A stretch of DNA of 62,628 bases, the filler included, from Chrysochromulina tobinii (lineage: Eukaryota), in assembly GCA_001275005.1 (NCBI GenBank). It is 9 parts of 9 records of this genome, joined end to end, with 100 filler letters (N's around TTAATTAATTAA, not from the genome) between each part and the next. Parts side by side here need not be neighbours in the genome. Positions count along the whole stretch, not along the records: positions 6,217 to 26,455 come from JWZX01000554.1; positions 26,556 to 31,214 come from JWZX01000555.1; positions 31,315 to 40,466 come from JWZX01000556.1; 6 more parts are not named here. The stretch is one strand, 5' to 3'. Below are positions 21,168 to 31,679 of the stretch, one piece after another. A program made the position numbers and the translations under genes. Below the pieces are notes generated by a model. That model was not told the origin of the DNA. It made no database searches and saw only the letters and a program-made list of their open reading frames with translations. Position 1 is the stretch's first letter. Every line of letters starts with the position of its first letter.

Positions 21168-23009
21168 TCACATGATCGAGCACGGCTCGCCCGAACACAA
21201 TCGAGACGGCTTGGTGCCACTGTCATGCCGTGGCGATTCGACGACCTCATCGACTGCTCCGTCCGCTAGTTCGTAGTCGATGCCCGCCTCTGTGTCGTTC
21301 ACACTCCAGCCTGGGCACTCGCCGAGGCCGTTGCCCTCTGCCGCGTCATATGAATCCATGGCATCCGACGGCAGCGGTAGCTGTGGCGGTGGCTGTGGCA
21401 TGGTCGTGAGCCAGTAGATTTCGCAAAGGACCGACGCTGCCGAGGTGGGCATCAGGTTCAGGCGCAAGGCTGACGCGCTCTTCGCGCCCGTGCCAGTGCT
21501 GGTGCCATTCGCACCATTCCATATGACGTGCTTCCAGCGGCACAGGAGCCCTCGAGGACAGATGCCCTCCTGGAACTTTCGGCAATAGTCGTCTGGGATG
21601 CCATCGGGGAGACTCGGCACCGGTTCGACAGGAGCACTCCCCTCTGCGGCGACCTTTCCAGCAGTGGCATTGCCACCAGCGTTGCCGGTGGCCTCCTCCT
21701 GGTCCTCCTCGTCCTCCCACGCACCGTCCTCTTTATCCTCTGCTAGCCGGGGCTTCACCCAGGGCGCGGGCGGCGGCTGCGGGGCTGGTAGAGGGAGCGG
21801 CTCGAGACTGGGTCGATCGTCGAGCACGTCGGCCGCCTCGGGCCCGGCCATCTCGCACTCGACTAAGCAATCGCCCACCAAATCTACCACCGACCGCGTG
21901 AGCAGCTTCTCGCGATCGAGGAGCATGCGCCCAGTTGCCTGGGACCACTTACGGCTGAAGCGAGTGTTGTGGAACAGGCTGGTGAGCGGCGTGAGGAGCG
22001 CGCGCGCACAGCCCTCAGGCGTCGTCTCGTCCCAGTTGGCCGGCTGTGCGATCGCGCAGTAGGCCGTGTACTTGTCGAGCACCTCACGTCGTGAGGGGAC
22101 CTGCTCTCCGATCTGCTCCCCGCCGTACACGAGCGCCGATCGTGCAAACATGAACGGGTCGGCGTTGGCGCGCCGGCCGAGCATGACGCCGTGCACGCCC
22201 TGCCGGATAAAGAGCTGAGCTTCCTCGAGCGACCGGATGCCGCCGTTCATGCTGAACTTGATCTGTGGGAAAAGGGCGACCAGCCGAAGAACCCAGTCAT
22301 GTTTGAGCGGAGGCACCGAGCGGTTCTTGATAGTGTCGAGGTCGAGCATAGCCTTGCGCGCATGCATGATGAAGTGCGTCACGCCCGCCGCCGACACTGT
22401 CGTCACGAACTCGACCAACTCCTCCCACGAGTCGCGATGGTCGACGCCGAGCCGGCACTTGACCGTGACCGGCACGTGCGTGTAGCCTGCCTTCGTGAGG
22501 GCGGCGCGCATGGACGCGCAGCACGCGGCGACGAGCGCGGGCTCAAACATGAGCCGCGCGCCGTACGTGATCCTCGACCTGCCTTTCCGCTGCGCAGGGC
22601 AACCGCAGTTGAGGTTGATCTCGTCGTAGCCTTGGGCGGCGCCGTGCACGGCGGCGCGCGCAAGGCTCTCCGGGTTGGAGCCTCCCAGCTGCAGCACGAT
22701 CGGGTGCTCCTCGGGCGAAAACCCGATGATCGAGCCGACGGTGCGCTGCCGCACGTTCTTCTGCCCCTCCTGGCACTCGCGCTCACCCGGGTGGTTGTAA
22801 AGGATGGCTCTGTCCCACGTCATCTCCGTCCAGAGCATCGGCAGCGGCGAGATGCAGCGGATGAGAAAGCGGAAGTGGCGGTCGGTCACATCGATCATCG
22901 GCGCGATCGCGAGTAACGGCCGGCGAGCGGCGAGTGACACTCCGTCGGCCACTCCGTCGTGGGCATTGGGCATTGGTGGCCTCTCCACTCCGTCGTCGGC
23001 GTTGGGCAT
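21168..23009 (-). CDS. tRNA-dihydrouridine synthase (DusA-like) with a C-terminal CCCH zinc finger
   Basis: IAPMIDVTDRHFR, LQLGGSNP, GYDEINLNCGCP, VTVKCRLGVD, HARKA, NRSVPPL, NGGI; CRKFQEGICPRGLLCRWKH. Confidence 0.92.
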   Translation of the reverse strand: MPNADDGVERPPMPNAHDGVADGVSLAARRPLLAIAPMIDVTDRHFRFLIRCISPLPMLWTEMTWDRAILYNHPGERECQEGQKNVRQRTVGSIIGFSPEEHPIVLQLGGSNPESLARAAVHGAAQGYDEINLNCGCPAQRKGRSRITYGARLMFEPALVAACCASMRAALTKAGYTHVPVTVKCRLGVDHRDSWEELVEFVTTVSAAGVTHFIMHARKAMLDLDTIKNRSVPPLKHDWVLRLVALFPQIKFSMNGGIRSLEEAQLFIRQGVHGVMLGRRANADPFMFARSALVYGGEQIGEQVPSRREVLDKYTAYCAIAQPANWDETTPEGCARALLTPLTSLFHNTRFSRKWSQATGRMLLDREKLLTRSVVDLVGDCLVECEMAGPEAADVLDDRPSLEPLPLPAPQPPPAPWVKPRLAEDKEDGAWEDEEDQEEATGNAGGNATAGKVAAEGSAPVEPVPSLPDGIPDDYCRKFQEGICPRGLLCRWKHVIWNGANGTSTGTGAKSASALRLNLMPTSAASVLCEIYWLTTMPQPPPQLPLPSDAMDSYDAAEGNGLGECPGWSVNDTEAGIDYELADGAVDEVVESPRHDSGTKPSRLCSGEPCSIM

Positions 23010-23162
23010 TCGGCACGTATCGGGAGAGCCCAGGTACGCGCAAAACCCTCGAAACTGAATTGTCATCGAACCCGGTCCCGGCTCGGCGTACATGTACATG
23101 CACATGTACAAATAAATGAATTTTCCTCGGAACTTTCATGGGGCGGATTCTGAGTCCGACTC

Positions 23163-23885
23163 ATGCTGAGTCTCGCATTGCTCGTCGGCACAGCGAGCGC
23201 CTTCCGGATGCCTATATCGTTCCATCTCCATCCGCACGTAGACGGTGCATGTCCACGCACGCATGCCCTTCGCATGCAGGAAGTTGAGCCGGCGCAGTTC
23301 GAGCCACAAGGCGACCCTGTCCAGTTTGCCATTCTGGCGCTCGCAGTGGCCGTGCCGTTTGGCTATTGGTGGTACATCACCGTCCCCGAGGCGAGGCTTG
23401 CACTCAGCAAAGACAAGCGTCTCGGCGACACCGGCGCTTACATTGAAGAGCTGGCGCGAAGTGACGAGGCGAGGCCCGTTGAGCGATGGTTCTTTTCGAA
23501 GTGGCTCAAGCAGGCGCCGAAGAAGCGCACTGCGCGCACGGAGGCGGCAAGCATGTTGAGCACCGCCCCCACCATGGCTGCGGTGGCCATGGTGGAGCCG
23601 ACACATCCGGAGACTGCGGCCGAGAGCGCGGCGGCTCCCGAGCAGCCTTCAGCGGTGCAAAAGCGCGAGGCCTCCCTGGAGCAGCTCTTCAGGCCTGCAA
23701 GCCTCAAGAGCAATGCGACGCCCAAGTTCTTCAGCGGCGACAACCCTATCGTCGTCACGACTGGCGCGCTGCTCGCTGCCGGCATCTTTGCGACAGTGGC
23801 GAAGGAGAACGGGCAGCTGGCGGCCGACTTACTCGTCATTTGCATTGGTTTGATCTTCGGTGCGACGCGGCTGACGCTCAAATGA
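23163..23885 (+). CDS. Plastid-targeted hypothetical membrane protein
   Basis: Signal peptide ending ASA-F (MLSLALLVGTASAFRMP); three hydrophobic segments. Confidence 0.75.
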   Translation: MLSLALLVGTASAFRMPISFHLHPHVDGACPRTHALRMQEVEPAQFEPQGDPVQFAILALAVAVPFGYWWYITVPEARLALSKDKRLGDTGAYIEELARSDEARPVERWFFSKWLKQAPKKRTARTEAASMLSTAPTMAAVAMVEPTHPETAAESAAAPEQPSAVQKREASLEQLFRPASLKSNATPKFFSGDNPIVVTTGALLAAGIFATVAKENGQLAADLLVICIGLIFGATRLTLK

Positions 23886-23971
23886 ATTCTGAGGGAGCGG
23901 GCGGCGCAGCGCACCGCCCCGTGGCACGCGACGGCGCGCGCAGACTCCTGATTTTGTGCAACGCGCTGTTC

Positions 23972-24322
23972 TGTCATGGTATCATGTAATAAGTAAGTAA
24001 GTAAGTAAAACAACGCCAACTACTGGCAGGTGGCAGCGCACACGTGGCGCGGGAGGTCTCCCCGCCCAGGCATACGTGATACGAAGCGTGTACGGTGTTC
24101 AACAACACGGGAGTTGAAGCAGATGAAAGCCATCAGTCAACCCACGGTTGCGGCTCGAGACTGCGGGGTTAACACAGGTGCCCTTATCGCCCGATCTCGT
24201 AGCCGAGCGCTCCATTGCATGCGGGACGCACTCTCTCTTTCTCTCTCTCTCTCCTGCCTCTGTCTCGTCTCGTCTCGCCGCGCCGCCCGCCGACTGGGCG
24301 CCCGCGTGTCATGGTATCATGT
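23972..24322 (-). mobile_element. Non-LTR retroposon fragment (about 320 bp) with (TTAC)n tail and 16-bp TSD
   Basis: TSD tgtcatggtatcatgt at 23972-23987 and 24307-24322; (taag)n at about 23990-24008; 3' core shared with 59776-59850. Confidence 0.8.
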
Positions 24323-24593
24323 GTTCTGTGTGTCACATACGTACGGGTATGGCGCCAGAAGATGAATTTTGTCAAATGAGTATGAATCCGCAATGTTGGT
24401 TTCTCTACCACTCGCGGCGGCACACAAAAATACTGTGAATGGGTGTGAACCCCAAAACCGCCTCTGAAAAATCATGAAAAATCTGGATGTTTAAATAGGA
24501 TGGACGGCTCCTGTTCCAAATACGTAGGGTTGACATCTGATTAGGGTTGGAAACTTGAACACGAAGGAAAAGTCCAAAAGCTCGAAATCTTCC

Positions 24594-25793
24594 ATGCTCC
24601 ACAAGACTCAGCTCGTCTCCTCACAACCTGGCCCCGCCACGTCCGCGAGGATGCGGTGGTCCATGCCCCACCCGCGCAGCTTCCGAAAGTGGTCCTTTGC
24701 GCCGGTTGTGCACCCGAACCCTCCTTCTTTTCCTCAGCCACTCCTTGGACGTGCTGCCGTCCAACGCAAGAAAAAGGCCGCGTTCTCCATCTCCAGCGAT
24801 GAGCTCTTCGCCGTGGCCGAGAAATTGAAAGGGATTGCGGCAACACTCGAGGCTCAAGTAGAGCAGCCAACACTGGAGATCCAGATTGGGTACATGCTGC
24901 TGGATGGTGCCATTACCATCCCGCAGTGTATCAAGTTGTGGGACCCCAAAGGGAAGGGTGAGGTTATGAAGGGCAGCATGAAGAATAATCTGCGCGCCAT
25001 GGGCTTCAGCGTGCCAGGCGGTGAAGTCGACGCTCTCTTCGATTCGTGGGATTCTGACAAGGGCGGCATGCTCGATCTCAAGGAGCTCAACGAGTGCCTC
25101 GCGGGTGCAATGAAGAAGGCTCAGAAGAACAGGAGTGCGCCTAACCCGTCGCGGGACAAGGCGAAGGAGATTCGCCAAAAGGCGCAGGAGGCGGAGGAAG
25201 CGGCCAATCTCTCCATTCGGGCTATGGAGCTCGAGGACGAGCTCCAAAAAATGATCGCCGACATGGACAAGCGCGCTGACCTTCGCCTCGGCGCATTGCT
25301 GCAGGCCCGCATGGTGAAGCCGGCCGCTGTCGTGACCAGCTGGGGCTCGAGCCGTGGTGAGCACGCTGGCGAGCTCTCAAAGGCAGACTTTCGGAACGCC
25401 GTGATCCGGCTCTTCAAGGGGCTTCCTCCGATCAAGACACGTAGTGAAGACCACAAAGCCACAACGGTGAGTACGCCGCCTGCTACCGAGAGGCTCGGTA
25501 CGCGCCTTTCTTCCCAGTCGGCGGCTGATGAATCGGCGGAGCAAGCTGCGCTTGCGGCAGAGATCGACGGTGTCTTTGATATTTTCGACGCGGACCACGG
25601 CGGCTACCTGGATGCGGAGGAGGCCCTGAATATGATCAAGCAGTTACAGCTGATTGGCAACAAGGCGGCGACCGAGCGGCGTTCGAAGGAATACGAGGTG
25701 TTTACGACACGTGCGAGGGCGAATCGAATGGGCATGTCCGTGAGGCAGGCTGCTGCACAACTCGATACGATGCAGAACCCAATGGCATGCTGA
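24594..25793 (+). CDS. EF-hand/coiled-coil protein of the same family as 7480-9270
   Basis: EF loops DSDKGGMLDLKE and DADHGGYLDAEE; the same IG..L.....W.....SK.DFR module repeated twice. Confidence 0.8.
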   Translation: MLHKTQLVSSQPGPATSARMRWSMPHPRSFRKWSFAPVVHPNPPSFPQPLLGRAAVQRKKKAAFSISSDELFAVAEKLKGIAATLEAQVEQPTLEIQIGYMLLDGAITIPQCIKLWDPKGKGEVMKGSMKNNLRAMGFSVPGGEVDALFDSWDSDKGGMLDLKELNECLAGAMKKAQKNRSAPNPSRDKAKEIRQKAQEAEEAANLSIRAMELEDELQKMIADMDKRADLRLGALLQARMVKPAAVVTSWGSSRGEHAGELSKADFRNAVIRLFKGLPPIKTRSEDHKATTVSTPPATERLGTRLSSQSAADESAEQAALAAEIDGVFDIFDADHGGYLDAEEALNMIKQLQLIGNKAATERRSKEYEVFTTRARANRMGMSVRQAAAQLDTMQNPMAC

Positions 25794-26455
25794 TGTGCTG
25801 TGGCAGCATGAGGCTGCATGTGGCTCGCCCCCCGCGGCCCGCTGAGCGGTCGCACGACAAGCTTGAATGACGAGCAAGAGGAATGATCGATTGATCGTGC
25901 GTGGAAGCGCCCCCGTTCGCCTTGCTAGGCAAACGTGAGGTGCGCTCGTGCAAGATGTGAGGTGCGCTTGATGTGTACGGGATGCTGGCGAGGGTCTTTG
26001 AGTGCGGACGAGGTGAGTCCCAACACCTCAAAAAATGTACGGTAGTATGGCGCCGCGCGTGTTCACAGCTCGTCAGGCGTTCCGGCGCGCGGTCTCGGTT
26101 GGTTCTTGGTGTCGATTCTTGGTGTTGCGGCGCGTGCGGCGGCTGTCAACATGCAGTAGATGCATGAACGCCTCGTGTACGCTGCCATTTGGCATGTACC
26201 ATGTCGTGTTTACTTATCGACTTGACATACCCGCGGCCGGAACCGATTAGGCATTAGCTTACCCCGCGTGGTCGCGCGGGGGATTCCCGGGCACGGGCGC
26301 CATAACGGAACCCGGGCGCGCGCGTCGTGGCGCGTCGCCGTGCGCGCGCGCGCGCGCTGCGCGGCCCGGGCCAACTGAGCAGTAAAGTGGGGGAATCTAG
26401 CAAGATTCCTGACATGTCCGGATTTCCGAGACCCTCCTTGGTGTCCGGGAGGGTC

Positions 26456-26555
26456 NNNNNNNNNNNNNNNNNNNNNNNNNNNNNNNNNNNNNNNNNNNNT
26501 TAATTAATTAANNNNNNNNNNNNNNNNNNNNNNNNNNNNNNNNNNNNNNNNNNNN
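26456..26555. other. Artificial contig linker
   Basis: N44-TTAATTAATTAA-N44. Confidence 0.99.
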
Positions 26556-26739
26556 TGAACGTGCCCTTGGCGATCTCCTTCATGAGCATTTCATTCGGCT
26601 CTCTTTCGTCGTTGGCCGTGCACTCGCGCACCATCTGCTCCATCTCATTGTAGCCGTACGCCTTGTTTTTGAGCTCGCGCACCTGCCGCTTGAAGCCGTC
26701 GGTCTGCGATTGCTGGTAAACTTTGCGCAGCGAGTCCAT
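26556..26739 (-). CDS. Second ENTH/epsin-like paralog, 5' end only (cut by the contig end)
   Basis: MDSLRKVYQQSQTDGFKRQVRELKNKAYGYNEMEQMVRECTAND is nearly identical to the N-terminus at 29897. Confidence 0.85.
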
Positions 26740-28235
26740 TGTGGCACTGAGAAGGCGACCCTCCACGTCTAGCCAAGGCGGCCGGTCAGTGCGATCAAAT
26801 TTTCAAAAGCACACACTCGCTTGCATCCCGCAGTCCGCAGTATGAATATCGTCAGTGAGGAGCAGTCAGTTACATTGTACGTCGCGGTTCCCCGCGCTCA
26901 CTAGCGCTCACCACACCAGCGTCGCACAGGACGGCTCCGCACCCCTTGGTGAACACAAGTACTGAGTCCTCGCTCGCTCGGGCTCGTCAGTTAGACAGAG
27001 TTCATTTCGCTGTCGCTCCCACCCCGCGCCCAAGGGTACTTGTAGTCGACAGGGGTGTAACGGCGACGGGAGTGCTCTCGCGTCAGCGGGTCAACTTGAT
27101 TACCATGGTAGTACGCGGTAGTAGCGAGACTAACAGACTATGCACAACTATGCAGGGTGCCAATCGACAGATCTCGGAACGTAGACCCCCAAACCGCAGA
27201 ATTTCGGCTTGCATCGGCAAAGCGAAGCCCGCAAACAGCCCTTCCAACTTTGTTCACGAAACCCCTCGCGCACACCTTCGCAGCATGCGGTGCGACCCAG
27301 CACCTTGGCTCGTTGGCTGCCGCCCCTCTCTCCGTCTCATGGTGAGGACATACATCCGCAAGGGTGGCCATGGCGGTGACCGCAGCAAGGCTGGCCTGCC
27401 TGCCGGCTACTGGCAGGAGAAGGGTGGTCTCGCCGCAGCAGCCGCCGCAAAGGCTGCAGCAAAAGCAAAAGAATTGCTATGAAAGAGGCAGCAAAGGCGG
27501 CTGGCCACCAACCGCTGGAAGCAATGGGACAAGCACAGTGATGAGCAGCAGTCGACCAGCAATCAGCTGCAAACAGTGTAATGCCCGCCTTGTGAGCCTC
27601 GGCTGACTCCACACGCAGATAACACGCAGATGACGACTCAGCTTGTGCTCGTTGCTGACTCTCGTGTGCTCCGCAGGGTGGTGTGAGGCTACAATCCAGC
27701 TTTCGGTCAAGGATATCTTGACTTCAGGCTCAAGCTCATTATGGATCCCGGCCATGCAGTCGAGAGAGCGGGCGGATAAGTGAGCGAGACAGTTGCTTAT
27801 TTGTCATTGTGGCTAGTGTGTCATCGTAGTACATGTAGTTGGTACATAGCTACATACATGTTTGTCGCAGTCAACTAGTGTGTGAGGGCGTCAATTTCAG
27901 GGCCTAAATGTAGTGATTTACAGTCAATATCGCCAAATTATTCGCGCCTGCACACGTTCGCAAACTGACGCAAGCAGCTTCTCGCGCACTGGTCTTCAAT
28001 TCTTATGTTCCCTTCAGCGTCAAACCAGTCGAAGGCGACTGTGATCGTAGACAGTGTGCGCCGAGACCGCTGCCTCTCGTCTCGTGCCTGGCACACACTT
28101 AATGGCCCACACCTCTCTCCTCTGCACCTAAAGCTCAACATCGAACATGTGAAGAACGACAGTCGACACGATCTGGCGTACGCACGCACGCACGGCAGTC
28201 GCGTGCGCCTCGCCTGTGCGGCTGCTCGCGTGCGC

Positions 28236-28254
28236 CTACCTGCCCATCGGAAAA

Positions 28255-28292
<38 letters not shown>

Positions 28293-29897
28293 ACCCATCA
28301 TGCCAATTGGCGCGCCACCCATCGGCGCAGCACTGCCCATGCCCCCGGGCGCACCTCCCATTGCGCCCGGCATCCCACCGCCCATGCCCATCGGCGGACG
28401 GCCCATCGCGCCCGGCATCCCACCGCCCGGCATTCCTGCGGAGAGGCCTCCCATTGGTGGCATGCTCGTGCCACTCGCGAGGCCACCCATGGCGCCCGCA
28501 GGCGCCGCTGACGGCGCGCTGGCCTTCATCGCCCCCATCGGGATCGATGCTGCAGGCTTGACTACGGGTGGTGCGGGCGTGGCCAAGAAGTTGAGATTGG
28601 CATTCATCATCTTCGCGAGCGGATCCTCCTTCACTGGCGCTGGCGCTGGCGCTGGCGCTGGCGCTGGCGCCGGCGCCGGTGCTGGCGCTGGTGCTGGCGC
28701 TGGCGCAGGCGCTGGCGCGGCGCCGAAGCCGGCGTGGCCGAAGCCTGAACCGAAGCCAGCGGAGTCGCCAAATGAGACGGACGATAAGTTCATCCCCTGA
28801 GCCTCGCGGGCTCTCTTCGCGGAGGCCATTAGATCACCACCCGACGCGAGGGCGAAGAGCTCGTTGCCGCCGGCAGGCGAAGCATCGAGCAGTGTGCCGC
28901 TACCAAATGCCGCAGGCTTGGGCGGCGGCGGCGTGGGCGCGGCGGAGACACCGAATGGGTCGGCCGCTGCCTGGAACGGGGCGACGCTCGAGCCGAAGGG
29001 GTCGGCGGCGTTTGCGAAGGGATCGGACCCAAAACCACCGCCGCCGAAGAGGTCGGGGCTCTTGGGCTGAGCGGTTGGCCGCGCGCGTGCTGCGCAAGGA
29101 GCCGACGCGGACGGCTGCCCGATGGACAACTTCACCGCTCCGACATTGGCGGAGGGAAGGGCGGGGGCGTCCTTGATCTTGATGCCCGAAAACTTGCCGC
29201 CGCCGCGGCGGCTCGCAGACGGGTTGAAGCGATGAGAGCTCGGCTCGGCGCCCTCGTCCCACTCCACATTCTTCTTCCAATTCGAATCTTCAGCCCCGCC
29301 GTCTCTGTCAAAGTCCGATGAGCCGAAGCCCTGCGGTGCGCTCTCGCCGCCGCGTGCTCCAGTGAGCTGCTCAAATGAGACGGTGGGCGCCATGGGCGTC
29401 GCCGTGCTTCTTGGCTCGTCCCCGCCGTAAGGGCTTCGGCCTGCACCTGCACCACTGCGAAAGTCTTGGAGGAAGCTGGTTGCTTTTTGGCGCACCTGGT
29501 GACCCAAGTCGCGTCCGGTGTCGGTGGGAAGCGTGAAGCTCTTGAGGTGGTGGACGAGGTGCGTGTTGATCTGCACCTGCTTAGAGACCAAGTCGGTGTT
29601 GCCCTCTTGCAACAGGAAGTCGAGGAGGATGAGACACTTGTACGGGTGGTGCTCGTTCTCCTTGGTTTGGATGCGCTTCCAGATGATCGCCATGATCGAC
29701 TGAAAGTCCGCCGTGAACGTGCCCTTGGCGATCTCCTTCATGAGCATTTCATTCGGCTCTCTTTCGTCGTTGGCCGTGCACTCGCGCACCATCTGCTCCA
29801 TGTCATTGTAGCCGTACGCCTTGTTTTTGAGCTCGCGCACATGCCGCTTGAAGCCGTCGGACTGCGATCGCTGGTAAACTTTGCGCAGCGAGTCCAT
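28236..29897 (-). CDS. ENTH-domain epsin/epsinR-like clathrin adaptor
   Basis: EQMVRECTANDEREP...EIAKGTF...IWKRI...YKCLILLDFLL...DLGHQVRQKA; DPF/DLF motifs; Met/Gly-rich tail. Confidence 0.92.
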
Positions 29898-31055
29898 TGT
29901 GGCACTGAGAAGGCGCCCACCTCCCCGACTAGACGAAAGCTGCAGACGAAAGCGGCCCGGTCGGTGGCCCTGACGGTGAAGCAACTTTTCCGAGCACATG
30001 CTCCCGCACCGCAGTCCACAGTATCGTCAGACGGGGTGGTCAGTTTCGTCGCGGTCAAGTTCAATTTCAAATTTCCTCCGCGCTCACCACACGCGTCTCA
30101 AAGGACGGCTCCGCACCCCTTGGTCAACACAAGTACAGTTGTAAACAAGTACTGAGTTTCTGAGTAGAACATCATGTTGTACTCGCTCGCTCGGGCTCGT
30201 CAGTTAGACAGTTCATTTCGCGGTCGTCCCACCCCGCGCGCACTCTCCCCCACCGGCTCTGTGGCTCATGCTGACTGTCACGACAACTTAATCTCAAAAG
30301 CAAACCACACTCACACAAACATGCTTACGCTGAGGTGCACCTCACAACACACAACGGTCCCGGCTCCCGGGGATTTTGGGGTTATTTTCTATACAAGAAA
30401 AGGCTATTTTCTATACAAGATATCATCATTCTTAGGAAGCGGGTGCAACATACGAACAGACATCTTCTATGGGCAGCGGCTCGACTACGTGTCTACATGT
30501 ATTTTACATGTAAATCGACAGATCTGGGCGCGCGACGACCGTCTGCATGGCAGAACGCGACCGCTCAAACGACGGAAACGCCGAGACGGTGGAGTCTCCG
30601 ATGCCAGTGAGGAGAAAAAGGTCAGTTCGTCGAATAAATCTTCTTGGGCCGATTCCGTCCTCCCGCGTTGAAGCTTTTCCTTCCATGTTTTTAGGAAAAA
30701 CTTGAAAACCCGACAGCTCACGCGTTCAAGACCTGACGGTTGAAGTATAGCGCTGTTACAACACAACATTTATGACCCCTGCGCGTCGATCATCGATGCC
30801 CCGCGCAGCACTTTACATTCAGTACATGTTTCCCCGTACCGGGGTTTGGTTGGTTGTGAGATTGGTCTGTGTGCCTTTGTGCGTCCGCGTGTCCCGTGTG
30901 TCCCGTGTGTGTCCCGGCTCCCCCCGGTGTCTTTTTACCGGTACGTCCCACCCAGCCCCCTCAGCTTCCCCTGCAAGCTTCCCCACACGCACCATCCATG
31001 ATGCCAACACATGATCTCCACCGCCAGCCACGCCGCCGACGCCCAAATCAAACAT

Positions 31056-31214
31056 ATGGCGCCGAAGCCTAAGAGCGAAAAGCAGGACAATCATGGCGTG
31101 TGGCAGGACCGGGACATCCGGTTTGATTCGCCGCTTGCGCAGCTCGCGATACATGCGGGTGAGTTCCAGATTGACTCGATCAACTCCGTCGAGGATACCA
31201 AGGGCAACAACGGC
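31056..31214 (+). CDS. BBS5: Bardet-Biedl syndrome 5 protein, N-terminus (partial)
   Basis: WQDRDIRFD...GE..IDSINSVEDTKGNNG matches the conserved BBS5 N-terminus. Confidence 0.92.
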
Positions 31215-31314
31215 NNNNNNNNNNNNNNNNNNNNNNNNNNNNNNNNNNNNNNNNNNNNTTAATTAATTAANNNNNNNNNNNNNNNNNNNNNNNNNNNNNN
31301 NNNNNNNNNNNNNN
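31215..31314. other. Artificial contig linker
   Basis: N44-TTAATTAATTAA-N44. Confidence 0.99.
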
Positions 31315-31679
31315 CAGACTCCCTCTTCTCTCCTTCTCCTTCCTTTCCCTTCTTCTTCTTTTTCTTTTATTTCTTCAACCGTTAGAAAAACGCCGCCGAT
31401 TTGTGGACACAGGGCGTACTGAACCGGGTCGGTGAGCATGCAGGTGAATGAGATTCAGAGGGCCCAACAGAGGTTGTTTTGCTACGCGGTAGCTGCACAC
31501 TGCCAAACTTGGATACAAACACTATACAAACTTTTGACTTGACTTGGACTCCACGTTTCAATGTCGTACTGGTACTGAAGTGCGGACTCAGCCACCACTG
31601 TCGACGAGCTGGAGCGTGCACTTTTCCGGCGCGAACGTGAGCCTGCTTTTGACAGCAAGTTCACCACCTTTTCTCCCTA

